DNA from: Phoronis australis
Lineage: Eukaryota; Animalia; Phoronida
DNA: 64,000 bases
Direction of reading: 5' to 3'
NCBI GenBank assembly: GCA_002633005.1
Contig: NMRA01000054.1
Span: 745,674-809,673, forward strand
Shown in pieces: positions 50,174 to 63,600 of the stretch; within the stretch, counting starts at the first letter, position 1; every line of letters begins with the position of its first letter. The notes under the pieces are model-generated. The model had not been told where the DNA came from. It saw only the letters and a list, made by a program, of their open reading frames with translations, and searched no databases. Position numbers and translations under genes: made by a program.

Positions 50174-53100
50174 GTAAAACAATAACCACATTCATTGTCA
50201 CCGTGTTCATTGATCAGAATTATTCTGCTCACACGACTAACTTGGTTTTCCTGACATGTGGCCAAGTTACGTGGCATCTCTTCAGTTTGTTCAGTACAAA
50301 AGATACTAACCATCGTTTGGTTGTATGCTAAACTGCTCTCGTCTATTTATATTGTTTAGGTAGTAGGCCTACTTTCTCGGGACATGAACCCTGTCTTTAG
50401 GTAAAACTTTGTGCTCACAATGGATTCAGTCGTTCAAGACATGGCATACAAAAGTCTATTAACTAGCCCGAAGCGTTAGTCACGCTGGCCAATCGATTGA
50501 TATGATTTTGAAAAAAATTGTCAAAGTAGACATAAACGTTTTTGGATGGGCAAAGATTTGCAGAGAATTTGTGGTTTAAACGTTTAAGTGTTAAGTTGGC
50601 GTTACTATCATTTAATAGTCAAATTTCGGATTTGTTTTCCCTTTAACGGATTACTCATGAAATTCAACCCTTTCAGATGTCCTGGACTTTTTCTCTGCTA
50701 AAAATTTGACAAATTTTTCAATTTGGGTCGCACATGTTGACCCAAAATGTCTACACAGATGTGTCCAAATGTTCACAAGTGTTAGAATTGTAACAATTTT
50801 GGAATACTGTCGAATTGGGCCCCGCATTGTCGCAACAATTGTTGCTTGTGACAATTTGAGTCTGCACTATAGTAACCTTCTTCCCAACGCTAAAGTTTAA
50901 ATATTTACGTTTAAGGAAGAAAACTGGGAGACGGACTGGAAAGAAAATTCAGACGAAGCCTTGAAGAAGAATTTGAAATTGTTATTGGGTGATTTAAGCG
51001 CGACTCAGAGAGAGAATTTAGGCCATCAACTGGAAGACCTGGTGATTGGTTGTACTTTCAACGGACGCGAATGTTCAAATGAGTGAGTCTGTCATAGTTT
51101 ACATGAGTTGAAATACCGGAATGTCCACATAATGAATATTATCATTCATCCTCACTGGTGAAGTACTTTTAGAGGCGGGAATCATAAATCAAAACTAGAA
51201 ACTCACTGAAATATTTCTCACAACTAGAAAAGTGTATGTTTAAATCAAGGAGTTGTCATGATTCTTTATTTGTTTCATTGGAAAGCTCTTAAAATAAAAT
51301 TGCAGAAACGAGGAAGGTAGAGATTTAACAGATTTGTAAATCCAACGTGACAATCACCCGATTAGAATGGTTTTGTATAAAATGAGCTTAGAGCGATTGT
51401 TGTTTCTTTACAATTGCCTCACACGATTTCATAAACTAAGGCACTTAACACTTAAGACAAAAATTTGATCTTACTTCACAATTCAAAAGTGAAATGAAGA
51501 ATTCACATTTTTCCTACACACAGTGCTGCTGTTTGGTACAGTTATGGTAGTTAGTTTACATAACATTGCATTGGAAGGCATAGAGTGCTGGAGATTGCGT
51601 ACAACGCTCAATTTAACAACATGACGTAACGACATCATAATGAATCACTTACAAAGCATTTGGGAATGATCAATCAAAATTTTATGAATTCTTCGGGGCA
51701 ATCTGCCTCTTTGTACTGGATACAATACATTACTTTGAAAATGCCATTTGCCGCTTATGTGAGTGCATAATCGATATAATTCTTGACCCGACATGAAGCC
51801 ATGATCGTTTTAGTTTATGTGTGACAACAACCACATACAAGGGTCCCGTATTTTGAGATTGAATTTCTCCACTGAATAATGGACATCAAAGTGATTCTCA
51901 AAATCTGGGCCACCGTCCACTAAACTCTGTTTATTACTTTTTATTACTCGAATCTTCCAAAAAAATTCAAACTGAGTAATTTCNAATGCATCCAAGAGTT
52001 AAGCGGGAGCTGCCAAAACTGGAGTCTTCAAAACCTAAAAAGGTAAAACAATAACCACATTCATTGTCATCGTGTTCATTGATCAGAATTATTCTGCTCA
52101 CACGACTAACTTGGTTTTCCTGAAATGTGGCCAAGTTATGTGGTATCTCTTCAGTTTGTTCAGTACAAAAGATACTAAACATCGTTTGGTTGTATGCTAA
52201 ACTGCTCTCGTCTCTTTATATTGTTTAGGTAGTAGGCCTACTTTCTCGGGACATGAACCCTGTCTTTAGGTAAAACTTTGTGCTCACAATGGATTCAGTC
52301 ATTCAAGCCATGGCGCTACAAAAGTCTATTAACGAGCCCGAAGGGTTTAGTCACGCTGGCCAATCGATTGATATGATTTTGAAAAAAGTTGTTAAAGTAG
52401 ACATAAACTTTTGTGGATGGGCAAAGATTTACAGAGCATTTGTGTTTTAAACGTTTAAGTGTTAAGTTTTCTATTTGGGTCGCACATGCTGACCCAAAAT
52501 GTCTACACAGAGTTGTCCAAATTTTCAATTTTGGAATAGTGTCGAATTGGGCTCCGCATTGTCGCAACAATTGTTGCTTGTGACAATTTGAGTCTGCACT
52601 ATAGTAACCTTCTTCCCAACGCTAAAATTCAAATATTTACGTTCAGAAGAGGCCTTGAAGAAGAATTTGAAATTGTTATTGGGTGATTTAAGCGCGACTC
52701 AGAGAGAGAATTTAGGCCATCAACTGGAAGACCTGGTGATTGGTTGTACTTTCAACGGACGCGAATGTTCAAATAAGTGAGTCTGTCATAGTTTACATGA
52801 GTTGAAACACCGGAATGTCCACATAATGAATATTATCATTCATCCTCACTGGTGAAGTACTTTTAGATGCGCAAATTATAAATCAAACCTGGAAACTCAC
52901 TGAAATATTTCTCACAACTGGAAAAGTGTATGTTTAAATCAAGGAGTTGTCATGATTCTTTATTCGTTTCATTGGAAAGCTCTTAAAATAAAATTGCAGA
53001 AACCAGGAAGGTAGAAATTTAACAGATTTGTAAATTCAACGTGACAATCACCCGATTAGAATGATTTTGTGTAAAAAGAGCTTAGAGCGATTGTTGTTTC

Positions 53101-53674
53101 TTTATAATTGCCTCACACGATTGCATAAACTAAGGCACTTTACACTCAAGATAGAAATTTGATCATACTTCACAATTCAAAAATGAAATGAAGAATTTAC
53201 TTTTTTCTGCACACAGTGCTGCTGTTTGGTACAGTTATGGTAGTTAGTTTATATAACGTTGCATTGGGAGGCATAGAGTGCTGGATTGCGTACAACTCTT
53301 ACGCGCTCAATTTAACAACATGACGTAACGGCGTCATAATGAATCACTTACACAGCATTTGGGAATGATCAATCAAAATTTTATGAATTTATTCTTCGGG
53401 GCAATCTGCCTCTTTCTACTGGATACAATACATTACTTTGAAAATGACATTTGCCGCTTATGTGAGTGTGCATAATCGATATATAATAATTCTTGACCCG
53501 ACATGAAGCCATGATCGTTTTAGTTTACAAGGGTCCCGCAATTTGGGATTGAATTTCTCCACTCAATAATGGACATCAAACTGATTCTCAAAATCTGGGC
53601 CACCGTCCACTAAACTCTGTCCAGTACTTTTTATTACTCGAATCTTTCAAAAAATTTTCAAACTGAGTAATTTC
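50117..53674. repeat. ~1.8-kb tandem duplication joined at a single N (51984), duplicating ENaC exon sequence
   Basis: 50117-51983 vs 51986-53674; the second exon copy (~52647-52776) lacks ~38 nt including the normal acceptor. Confidence 0.85.
50916..51082 (+). CDS. DEG/ENaC exon
   Basis: aag|EENWETDWK...RENLGHQLEDLVIGCTFNGRECSN|gtgag. Confidence 0.9.
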
Positions 53675-54454
53675 TTATGTCATGGAGATACCAATACGTA
53701 CTCAGCCCAAAGTGATCGAAATCTTGGTTAATTCTGTTTTCCGAGCAGAACTTTGGGGAGCGTTATCCGAATTAATTACTGAAAAATGTCATGGGCCCTA
53801 ACTCAAGCAAAATTGGAAAAGTTACTCAAAATTTCAAGACTGCTAGGAGGAGGGAGGCACACTTCCCCAAAATGTTGTTTCCCCAAGATTACCCTTATCC
53901 GCTCTATTTCCATTCTCCCGGTCGTTGCCAATTTTGCACGCTTCCCGCCATGAACTTTGCTGTTTGGAGGAGCGCACGGGAATAATTTTTAATGAAGATG
54001 TACCGTCAAAATCAATCTTTAGGAGGCATAAAAATACGTAAAAAGCTCTTAAAGCAGCAGGAACATGTGGAAATACCATCTTGGAACTGAGTAGACGGAA
54101 CATCGTCTCGAAAACCTCGATTACAATTTTGTCTATTTCGGACGCTGAGAATGAGGTCTAAGATCAAGATTCACTTTATAAGGTTTAAGTTTGGGTAAAT
54201 TTCACTTAAGTGGCTAGAATTATGCCTTGAAGGCAGACTTTTATTTGAAAGACTTCGGTTCTGGGCTCCGTGGTGCACTGTCTTAGGTTATTGAAACACG
54301 GGCACCCGAGTTTCATGCGTGGTTGCAAATAATACAGAACTGATTGAATTTCAAGAAACTAAATCAAAATTCTCCGAAACGACAATTTCTTTGTTTACGA
54401 GTGTCAATACATGTGATTTGAGCCCCTTTATCCGTTAGACTGTACACTGGGCAC

Positions 54455-55035
54455 AAATTTGGTTAAATCAAGGTGTCACGTGCGAAGTCTCGTTTTTAAG
54501 TTTCTTCGCGCAAAGAGTTAATGACTGTTATGAGCAAGGTTGGCGATCAGAAATTGAGCATAATGCAAAACTTAAATTCTACTCTAACTTTAAGACTCTG
54601 TACTGTTTTGAACCATATCTTAAGTTACCGCTACACAATAGTCTTATTCAAGCGTTTACTCGTTTACGTTGCTCCAACCACAGACTACAAGTGGAAGTGG
54701 GTAGACACGAGAAAGTGGAATATTACAATAGATTATGTATGGCTTGCAATGATGGTCTTGTAGAGGATGAATACCATTTCCTGTTGGTTTGCAAGGGATA
54801 TTGTGAACTTAGGTCACGTTTTATGAAGGAATTTCAATGGAGGCATCCAACTCAAGAATCCTGTATACGCCTGCTCGCTAATCCAGATATATCTGCTGTT
54901 AAATATGTGTATTTTGCCCTTAAAAGACGAGAACAACTCTTAAATGGGTTGACTGCTTGTGCAAATGTGCCTGATTAATTGTTTTGTTTTGTTTATTGTA
55001 CTTTGGGCCAGAGGCCTTCAATACAAATACATTTA
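54455..55035 (+). mobile_element. 5'-truncated non-LTR retrotransposon (LINE ORF2 C-terminus with CCHC-type zinc finger)
   Basis: Open frame IWLNQG...KLKFYSNFK...RLRCSNHRLQVEVGRH...RLCMACNDGLVEDEYHFLLVC; 12-bp TSD TACACTGGGCAC (54443-54454, 55036-55047). Confidence 0.88.
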
Positions 55036-55209
55036 TACACTGGGCACGGACAGTCATCAAATATCCCCAACACGTGAGAGTATCCTAAGAACAACTCGCT
55101 CATCATACAATACTTTTCTAATGGTGCTCTTCAAGAGAAACACTTTTCTTAGAATTTTTGGGAAAGGGCATTAATATATATCATTTACTGTACATCGCAG
55201 GCTTCGCCT

Positions 55210-56330
55210 AAATATACATAAATACATAAATTCAAATGTATATCCAGAGTATGAACACAGAGAGCAGTTCTTCTCTTAAAGCCATAGCCTACTGAATATA
55301 CAATGCAAGGCGCTGGATACTGTCATGATTTTTCTGTTGGAATAACTCAACAAGAAAAAGTTAACATTTACAAGCTCTGGTAAAAGATTTTTCCAAACGT
55401 CTCCAAGAACAGGACATCGACACATGAAATGAGGTTCATTTTCGGTTTCACCCAGTGCATATAGCGCATATTCTCTCACTTCTAGGGATACCCATACGTA
55501 TACCTTTCTCTCAAAACTGACTTAGCTAATACAAATCTTAAATTTTTATTAGTAAATTTTAAGATAAAATTTAAATTTGTCTCCAGACTGTTTCAAGAAA
55601 CAGATCTTAAGTTTCAGTTGAGTTTTTGATAAAAGTTTTATCGTAATTTCAACTATCGTACCGGATGTGAAAGTTTCAAAGTATGGAGGTTAAGAAAATC
55701 TTAGACTTAAGTAAAAAATGAACTTAAGTCAGTTTCTTGGAACGGGCCCCTGAACATTGAAATTAGGCAACTATTCTTCTCGAATAAGCGCTTTTAACAA
55801 TTCGCATATTGCTCGCTAACAAGATCACGCTTAATAAGACTATAAAATTCATATTTATTTGACCTACCTATTCCCAAGTTGCCATTCCTGTATACCACAA
55901 TCAAGTAACTTCTGCATGAATACCATAATAAATTCAACACTATTACCTGGGCCAAATAACCATACTTCTCCATAACCGTACCTATGCAAAATTTCTTTGA
56001 CACGGTGTGCCCAGTTATAATTACCGTTTTCACCTTGTTCCCTAAGCATACTATAATGCTTCAGTGAGTACCTATGCTCTCCCATATCAAGTAATTTTGT
56101 CCAATAGATAATTGATTTACACACATATTTTGTAATTAACAATTATCTTCCACATTCACCGCTAGCCATAGCATTCGGCGTTTTAATATTCAATCTCAGC
56201 ACGTATTTACAGAAATCATTATGAACTTTTTCAATAGATCCACACATTGATGTTCCCCATATTTCTGCACCATATGTTAATATGGGCATAATCATGGAGT
56301 CAAAGAGTTTAAAATGCATTAATATTTGTA
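55210..56330 (-). mobile_element. Degenerate LINE ORF2 3' fragment, interrupted by MITE family B (~55512-55751)
   Basis: LFDSMIMPILTYGAEIWG...EKVHNDFCKYVL...YWTKLL...NWAHRVKEILHRYGYGEVW...ENEPHFMCRC. Confidence 0.8.
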
Positions 56331-57721
56331 TCGTTCTAAAACCAACAGGAATATTGTCTTATTCTATTGTGTAACTCAAAAATACATGTCTTCCACATGT
56401 AAAACTTCAATCCAGAGGTGTGCGTCAATGCTATTATTTTTTGATACCATCTCATATTTGTGTTGTTTGGGCAGCGCGTCATGATGCTGCTGTTCGTCTC
56501 CATTATGTTATGTGGTATTCTCGACTATTTTGAAACTTTATCCATGTGTATTTCACTCCGTGGATACCGTTGACAGTGGCGGATTTATAGGGGACGAAGG
56601 AGCAATTGCCGAAAGCCGACCCTCCAAAAAGGGCCTTGTCTGAAAGGTGGCTCCTTAGTATGATTCGTTATACGATTAAAAACTGGAAAAATGACAGTCA
56701 AATCCTTCACAGGGTGGCCCTCCAAGAAGAGNNNNNNNNNNNNNNNNNNNNNNNNNNNNNNNNNNNNNNNNNNNNNNNNNNNNNNNNNNNNNNNNNNNNN
56801 NNNNNNNNNNNNNNNNNNNNNNNNNNNNNNNNNNNNNNNNNNNNNNNNNNNNNNNNNNNNNNNNNNNNNNNNNNNNNNNNNNNNNNNNNNNNNNNNNNNN
56901 NNNNNNNNNNNNNNNNNNNNNNNNNNNNNNNNNNNNNNNNNNNNNNNNNNNNNNNNNNNNNNNNNNNNNNNNNNNNNNNNNNNNNNNNNNNNNNNNNNNN
57001 NNNNNNNNNNNNNNNNNNNNNNNNNNNNNNNNNNNNNNNNNNNNNNNNNNNNNNNNNNNNNNNNNNNNNNNNNNNNNNNNNNNNNNNNNNNNNNNNNNNN
57101 NNNNNNNNNNNNNNNNNNNNNNNNNNNNNNNNNNNNNNNNNNNNNNNNNNNNNNNNNNNNNNNNNNNNNNNNNNNNNNNNNNNNNNNNNNNNNNNNNNNN
57201 NNNNNNNNNNNNNNNNNNNNNNNNNNNNNNNNNNNNNNNNNNNNNNNNNNNNNNNNNNNNNNNNNNNNNNNNNNNNNNNNNNNNNNNNNNNNNNNNNNNN
57301 NNNNNNNNNNNNNNNNNNNNNNNNNNNNNNNNNNNNNNNNNNNNNNNNNNNNNNNNNNNNNNNNNNNNNNNNNNNNNNNNNNNNNNNNNNNNNNNNNNNN
57401 NNNNNNNNNNNNNNNNNNNNNNNNNNNNNNNNNNNNNNNNNNNNNNNNNNNNNNNNNNNNNNNNNNNNNNNNNNNNNNNNNNNNNNNNNNNNNNNNNNNN
57501 NNNNNNNNNNNNNNNNNNNNNNNNNNNNNNNNNNNNNNNNNNNNNNNNNNNNNNNNNNNNNNNNNNNNNNNNNNNNNNNNNNNNNNNNNNNNNNNNNNNN
57601 NNNNNNNNNNTACATTTTATTTTGGATATGCCGGATCCAACAGCGCAAATACAGTTATTTAGCATGCATCTACATTTCTCAGATTTGTGAAAAATTATCC
57701 AATCGTTTCTTTTTTGCCCAG

Positions 57722-57885
57722 GGCTGACGCTTGACTTGAACATCGAGCAGTACGAATACCTACCCATGTTTACCCAGTCTGCCGGCGTGCGCGTAGTGAT
57801 ACATTCCTCCGACATCAAGCCTTACCCCAACAACAACGGTCTTTCTTTACCTACAGGAATGTCGTCTCAAATTGGTATCAGAAAC
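57722..57885 (+). CDS. DEG/ENaC exon
   Basis: cag|GLTLDLNIEQYEYLPMFTQSAGVRVVIHSSDIKPYPNNNGLSLPTGMSSQIGIRN|gtaag. Confidence 0.92.
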
Positions 57886-58350
57886 GTAAGTCCACCAACC
57901 GTGACAGATAATCATCATGGATCATATTTTAGAATAACTGTTTAACCATTTGAACATTGCTTTATAGTCTACTTAGTGATATCGAGCGATTCTACGGATG
58001 GCTTGAAAACAGAACCGTGCCAATATCAATACTTTTCAATTGGTCATTGCCAGATTACTTATTTATCCTTTTAAGATTAAAATGTAGGGATTATTTACCT
58101 AGCACGACACTGCATAGGTTACAGATTGGCCATATAGGCGACTGTTAACTAAGAGATCATCCAACCTAAAATAACTGTTTATCATTTTGCCCTAAAACCG
58201 ATAAGGGCGGCGTAGAAAATTGGTATTCCGAGTAAATTTTCATGACGCACACATGCAGTGCTTATTTGTTGAATATTTATATTCAGAAACTGTTTCTTAA
58301 TTCGAACCATGACAGATGCTCATCTATCATCAGTTTCCATTTTTTAACAG

Positions 58351-58437
58351 CGACACATCACACGCATGATTAAGCCGTGGGGTAATTGCTCTCTGGCCGA
58401 TCTCCATAAACCTTCGCAGTACAATTATTCTGTCCAG
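58351..58437 (+). CDS. DEG/ENaC exon
   Basis: cag|RHITRMIKPWGNCSLADLHKPSQYNYSVQ|gtgag. Confidence 0.88.
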
Positions 58438-61145
58438 GTGAGTTATGTTGTCACGTGATTCATGGCTTAACTGACGCTCTCTTGCTGGGTCACTTCCACG
58501 AAAACGATGTCAATGAAGAACGTGTTTCTAATTACTCGTCGGGAATGTTCAAGAAACTTTAGAAATGACATGTCAGGAAGGCATTACAGGGAAAGGCCAA
58601 GTGGCAAACAATGATTTTGGCTATTTTCCGAAAGAAATTGCAGAATGTCACAGTACAGAAGAAAATGATATACGCCATTAAAAAGAATGTGGTCCATTTG
58701 TTTGATCTATGACATACATTAATGGCGTAATTGTGGTTTGAAAATGTTGACTCCAACACAAGCTATCTGAAATCTCCACATGCGTTTCCGGCGTACCGAT
58801 GTACGCGTATTGACGGCTGTGCGCGTGCTTCTGCAGCAAGTGGTTTCAGACGGCAGAGTCAATTCATCAAATCATCTCTGAAGCTTAATGCGGTTAACTC
58901 TGATACCCGTGGTACCTCTGCCAGGCGGTTCCAGCAGCCACCAAACACGCGTTACGAATCGGAAATTGGCGCCCCTATTTTCCATCACGTCCCAAAACTG
59001 TTCCACACACGGTTAGATGGACAAATTCCGGGGATCAAACACCAGTCCTGGATATGTGTCTAGTTGAAATACATGAATTTGTTAAAAAAAAAGTATACGA
59101 AGAAACACAGCCCGTACCAACTACCCTCTGACACAGCGCCACCTATACTGAAAAGTGGCTCTGTGGAACCATGATGAACGACATACGGAATTCCGTGCGC
59201 ATGCCTAAGTCAGTAGTATACCAACCACATCGCAACCACTACACGCGCCTTGTCTGCACTGTTTTGTTTGAGCTTAAGCCACTGGATCGGGGCTCCCTTG
59301 ATTTTGTTATTTCGATCACTTCCCGTTTTAACAAAATGCAACTATGCAAGTCAAAGGTGGTCAAATGAAAGGGGTTTCCCAGATTTCAAGCAATGGAAAT
59401 GATTAAATGTTATGACGTCGTTTCATTACTAAACCAATGAGAGGTCATGTGAAATAAATACATTTGACCTTTCGTAGCACTGTGAAAGAGTGTACGTACC
59501 AGTCAGCCCTGCCGCATGCAGATCTACCTACCCCTCCGGGCGAAAAGAACTAGACTCTCTCGGCTTTGTCGTGATATCCACAGTAACAGGCACAGATGAT
59601 TTCCATTTCTGCTCTTCCTTAAAATTCCACGTACATTCAGAACTCTTGTTTGGGAAATTTGGTAATGTCATTCTAGTGGCCTCGTGTTCTCCAACAAACC
59701 ATATTAACCATGATATGATGTCATTACTGATTCAGTCATTGGCACAGAACAAACCTCAAAAAGCTTTCTACCCCGAAGCTGCTATCTATTGCCCTACATG
59801 TACGTTGACTACCTCCCCCTAAAAATCGATTGAGCGACAGAATCTTTAGTCAGTTGCCATCAGCAGCTGAGCCTTAAGGGTTTACTAAATGTTTTCGAAT
59901 TATTAAATATTTTCTGTTAAAGCGACATCAAACTCATGATTTGTGTCGAAACGTTTGATTTAGGCCAGTTTCTGTTACAAAATGGTTTCATTTTATTCAT
60001 TACTCAGTTTAGTAATGGTCTCTGGGCTCGGAAGAACTGACAGTTCCTCATTGCTTCAGACCAAACTCAACAAGTTTCAGGTCACGTCGAGAACGTTTCA
60101 GTTCTGAAAGCAAAAGTTCAAGATGGGTTTGTTTAGGCGAATTGTAACGGTACCAATTTCACTTCTGACACATGGCAAGAAAGTAATACTGTAGTTTGGG
60201 AAGCGTCGGTATATGCCTTAGAAGAAAGTTGCTTTGGACAGGAGGACATGGTTCATAGCCGCTTCAAGTTATTGTTATATAATATATTATTAAACAATAA
60301 GCATTTTATGATAAGTTAACACAATAGCTGTGGTGTTCAGGGCTGTCACTCAGGTCAACTCGGGAAATGAACCCGGGGCTTCTGAATGGGCAATTATAGC
60401 CAGAATAGGGTTCCCAAGGAAACTTTTAAGGATTTCCGACCTATGACACACATGTTTCAGTCGCTGTCTCTTCACTAGCTCCGTGGGCATTGCACTTCGG
60501 AAGTTCCATCTTCAGATTGACACGGAGCCGCTGAGCTTGGAGCAATTACAAATTATAAGCTTCGAAAAGACAAAAATTGATGAATCCTTAAGCGGCAGTG
60601 CGTCTGAGTGAGTAGGACTGGTTGTGTGAGTCACCTGGCGGATGTTTTAATTGTGGTAGAGCCAGTTTAGAAGCTCGTGACATGGGAAATGTTTGAGAAA
60701 CGGTGTTTTTTGTAGGAGTAACACATGCCATATTCAAAGCATCCCAGTTCCACTAACATGCAATCTGCAGCCACTGAGTTGGTGTCCTTCTGTGTGAAAA
60801 GACTTTAACTTTAAGTAGCAACAGTGGGACTGTTGGCAACATGAATATTTTCTTTTTTAAATCACACTTGAAAAGATGTTAAAATGCACCATAACAATTG
60901 TCCCTTCCAGGTAATGTCTTCCGTCCTCTTAAAAACCGCATTACAATACCGCATTGCTGCTTTCCGATGGACGTGCCTGTGAAACGCCATCTCATTTCTA
61001 AACAACTCTCGTTGTAATATTGTATGTTTTTAAGTTGATGTTGACCATCATGCTGACAATGAATGTCGTGATGACGTCGACTACACTGCTGCAACTGTTA
61101 TGACAAAGACTAAAACAACTACTACGGGATTTTTGCTTCTTTTAG

Positions 61146-61269
61146 GCATGCTTATTGAACTGCCTGCAAAACCAGACAGTGTCTCGTTGCCGTTGTCGTT
61201 ACCCCGGTGTTGATTGGGCTGACATGTCGATTAGATTGTGCAATACTAGCCTAACTGACAATGGCGACG
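61146..61269 (+). CDS. DEG/ENaC exon (Cys-rich thumb)
   Basis: tag|ACLLNCLQNQTVSRCRCRYPG...RLCNTSLTDNGD|gtgag. Confidence 0.9.
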
Positions 61270-61750
61270 GTGAGTGGAATAGGCAGATAAATTCAGTTCG
61301 CAGATCTATTTATTACAGGGGTTTCAAACAGCGCTGAAAAGTAAATGTTCTAACAAGCTACTAATTTCTTGAATCGAGTTTGGTCAGTCAGCCGTCAGTT
61401 GATCCTACACTTGTTGACATGTGTAACCGGCAGAAATCTCCATTGCCTCTTTTCTCGCAATATCTCTATTCAAAAGCTGTCACCATAAACTTTTGTGACA
61501 AATTTTCTCGCAGTCTTAGTGATAAACATTCTTCACAAACAATATTCTTCCGTTTACGTATGACGGACGTTATCGTACAGATAAAGAAATTCGTCGCACA
61601 AGCTTGTATTTGTATACGTAACAATGTGTGTATACGACTTTAAGCCAAAATTAGCGAATATTGCGTCGAACGAGCTTAGTCTAATTTCTCAAAATCAATG
61701 TTGCTATGATTATGTGTTTATCACGTTTGTTCTTTGCGCTCTTGTTTCAG

Positions 61751-61823
61751 AGATGTGTTGGTTGAACACTTTCCAAAGTTTCAGAAAGAACGAGTTCACT
61801 TGCAATTGTCCTCCGCGTTGTAA
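61751..61823 (+). CDS. DEG/ENaC exon (Cys-rich thumb)
   Basis: cag|EMCWLNTFQSFRKNEFTCNCPPRC|gtaag. Confidence 0.88.
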
Positions 61824-62190
61824 GTAAGTACGGATAGCATTAGCTCATATTGCATCAAGTGGAAATTTGGTTCGGAAATATGACTACAATCTTAAGAAAT
61901 CCCGTTTCGTTCAACAGTTTTAATTAATTTGCGATCCATCACGAAATGTCGAGTCATGAAGTAAACTAGTTCATATTTTTGTTTTCTACGTTCTGTGCCA
62001 ACGCCTTGTCTCCAAACAGGTTTGATGTTTCCTGTTGCACCTACTGTCCATTTTGTGTTTTCGACTCTGTTTTTGGCGTTCGCCTCTCTATTTGCTAAGG
62101 CCCTCAAAGGATCCGCATGAAATTCGGTGTGTGAGTTCACTTTAAACGTACACCTAGGGACAGTGTTCCTAACGTTTTATCTTATTTCAG

Positions 62191-62248
62191 TGACACAGAG
62201 TATATCTTAACGTTTTCTCAAGCCAACTGGCCATCTTTAAGCGAAGAG
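62191..62248 (+). CDS. DEG/ENaC exon
   Basis: cag|NDTEYILTFSQANWPSLSEE|gtaag (conserved WPS). Confidence 0.88.
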
Positions 62249-62891
62249 GTAAGCACACATCTCTCCCGGAAGAATCTAGCTAATTCAGGCAGGGAACGTG
62301 TGCCGCTGTAAATTATATAATGCATGTTCTCCTGTAAAGTTTTCCCCTTAGCCCAGTGAACATAACAGGAAGACTACGTGTTGACCTATGGACAATACAT
62401 CCATGTTTCTGCTTCACGTGAAGTCAAAAAATGCTAACGAATCCAATCAAGCTATTTTAAAACGAGCATTCTTTGTCGTGATAACACTGTCATTGGATGC
62501 AACGTTCAGTTGGAATTGGAACAAAGCAGCGATCAAGTTAATTTTGGAAAGGACTACTTTTCTAAGATCGATCTCTCAGTTATTTCACAAAATTCCTCGT
62601 TGGCCTTTCTTCAGCAGTCATCACAAAATTAAACAACCTTTGTCGCACTGAAAATGCAATGAAGAAAATGAGGAAGATGGTGCGATTTAATGCAGCGATA
62701 CACTTCCGTCTGTCCAATCAATGTTTGGTCACGCTTGTGTTAGTTCTGAGAAACTAGCAGAAACCACTCCGAGTATAGTTTGTGTTGGCGCAGTGCATAG
62801 CAGAAGAACGGCGTATTTTCCCCCGTGGCTGCTCAATTATTGTTTTTGGTCTCAAGCAAACACGAACTATACTACTTGATGTCTGTTTCAG

Positions 62892-62974
62892 ACAATATTT
62901 GCTAAAAGAGTTGCTAAGCGCAGTGAGAAAATGGAGGCTGTTTTGAGGTCAAAATCGAAGTTTGGAAAAGCAGA
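62892..62974 (+). CDS. DEG/ENaC exon (knuckle region); gene continues beyond the window
   Basis: cag|TIFAKRVAKRSEKMEAVLRSKSKFGKA|gtaag; phase-consistent with the previous exon. Confidence 0.65.
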
Positions 62975-63396
62975 GTAAGTGAACTTGTTAAAACATTTAG
63001 TTGAGATTGGGAACGAGATTGCATATTTACATCGCCTGTGCATTGGATACCGGGCTGACCATGAGTTCCGCAGACGCAAGAATCTCGCTAGTAATGGAGT
63101 GTGAGCATGCGCTTTGCTGATGGCGATATTTCGCTTAGACTTGCATGATCATCTTGCACTTTCGCAAGTGTGGGCCACCCATTAACTTAAAGGGCAATGG
63201 AAGCCAGGATTTCTGAACGCAACATGTGTTGCAGAGAAGGCAATCATAGCTCAACGGGAGTAGCATAGCACGTGTGAAATTACATCGGCCTACTTGACCG
63301 CAAAACAGGATAAGCAAAAGAAAGACAAATGAAGCCATGCAAAATCTGGCTACTGGAAGATATGAATACAACAGATTTTCCTCAAAGTTAATGGAT

Positions 63397-63600
63397 GACT
63401 CGGTAGTGTAGTGGTTAGAGTACTTGCGTGCGTTCAGTAACGTTAGGACAAAGCTGAAATCTAGCCAAAGTCACGTGTCCTCATTTCAAACACACTACAA
63501 TATTTCGCGTAATTTCGCGAAGTCTTGCTTTTTAGGGAAGTGATATCGTTACTGAACGGGACGCTGAACAAACAATTCAAAGGTCCCTTGTTCAATAATA
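63397..63600 (+). mobile_element. tRNA-derived SINE head interrupted by MITE family A (63431-63558)
   Basis: A-box-like GGTAGTGTAGTGGTTAG before the MITE and B-box-like GTTCAAT after it. Confidence 0.45.

Noticed and set aside
58731-60860. ORFs of 65-110 aa in an ENaC intron
   Set aside because: No recognisable motifs and not needed for the phase-consistent ENaC model
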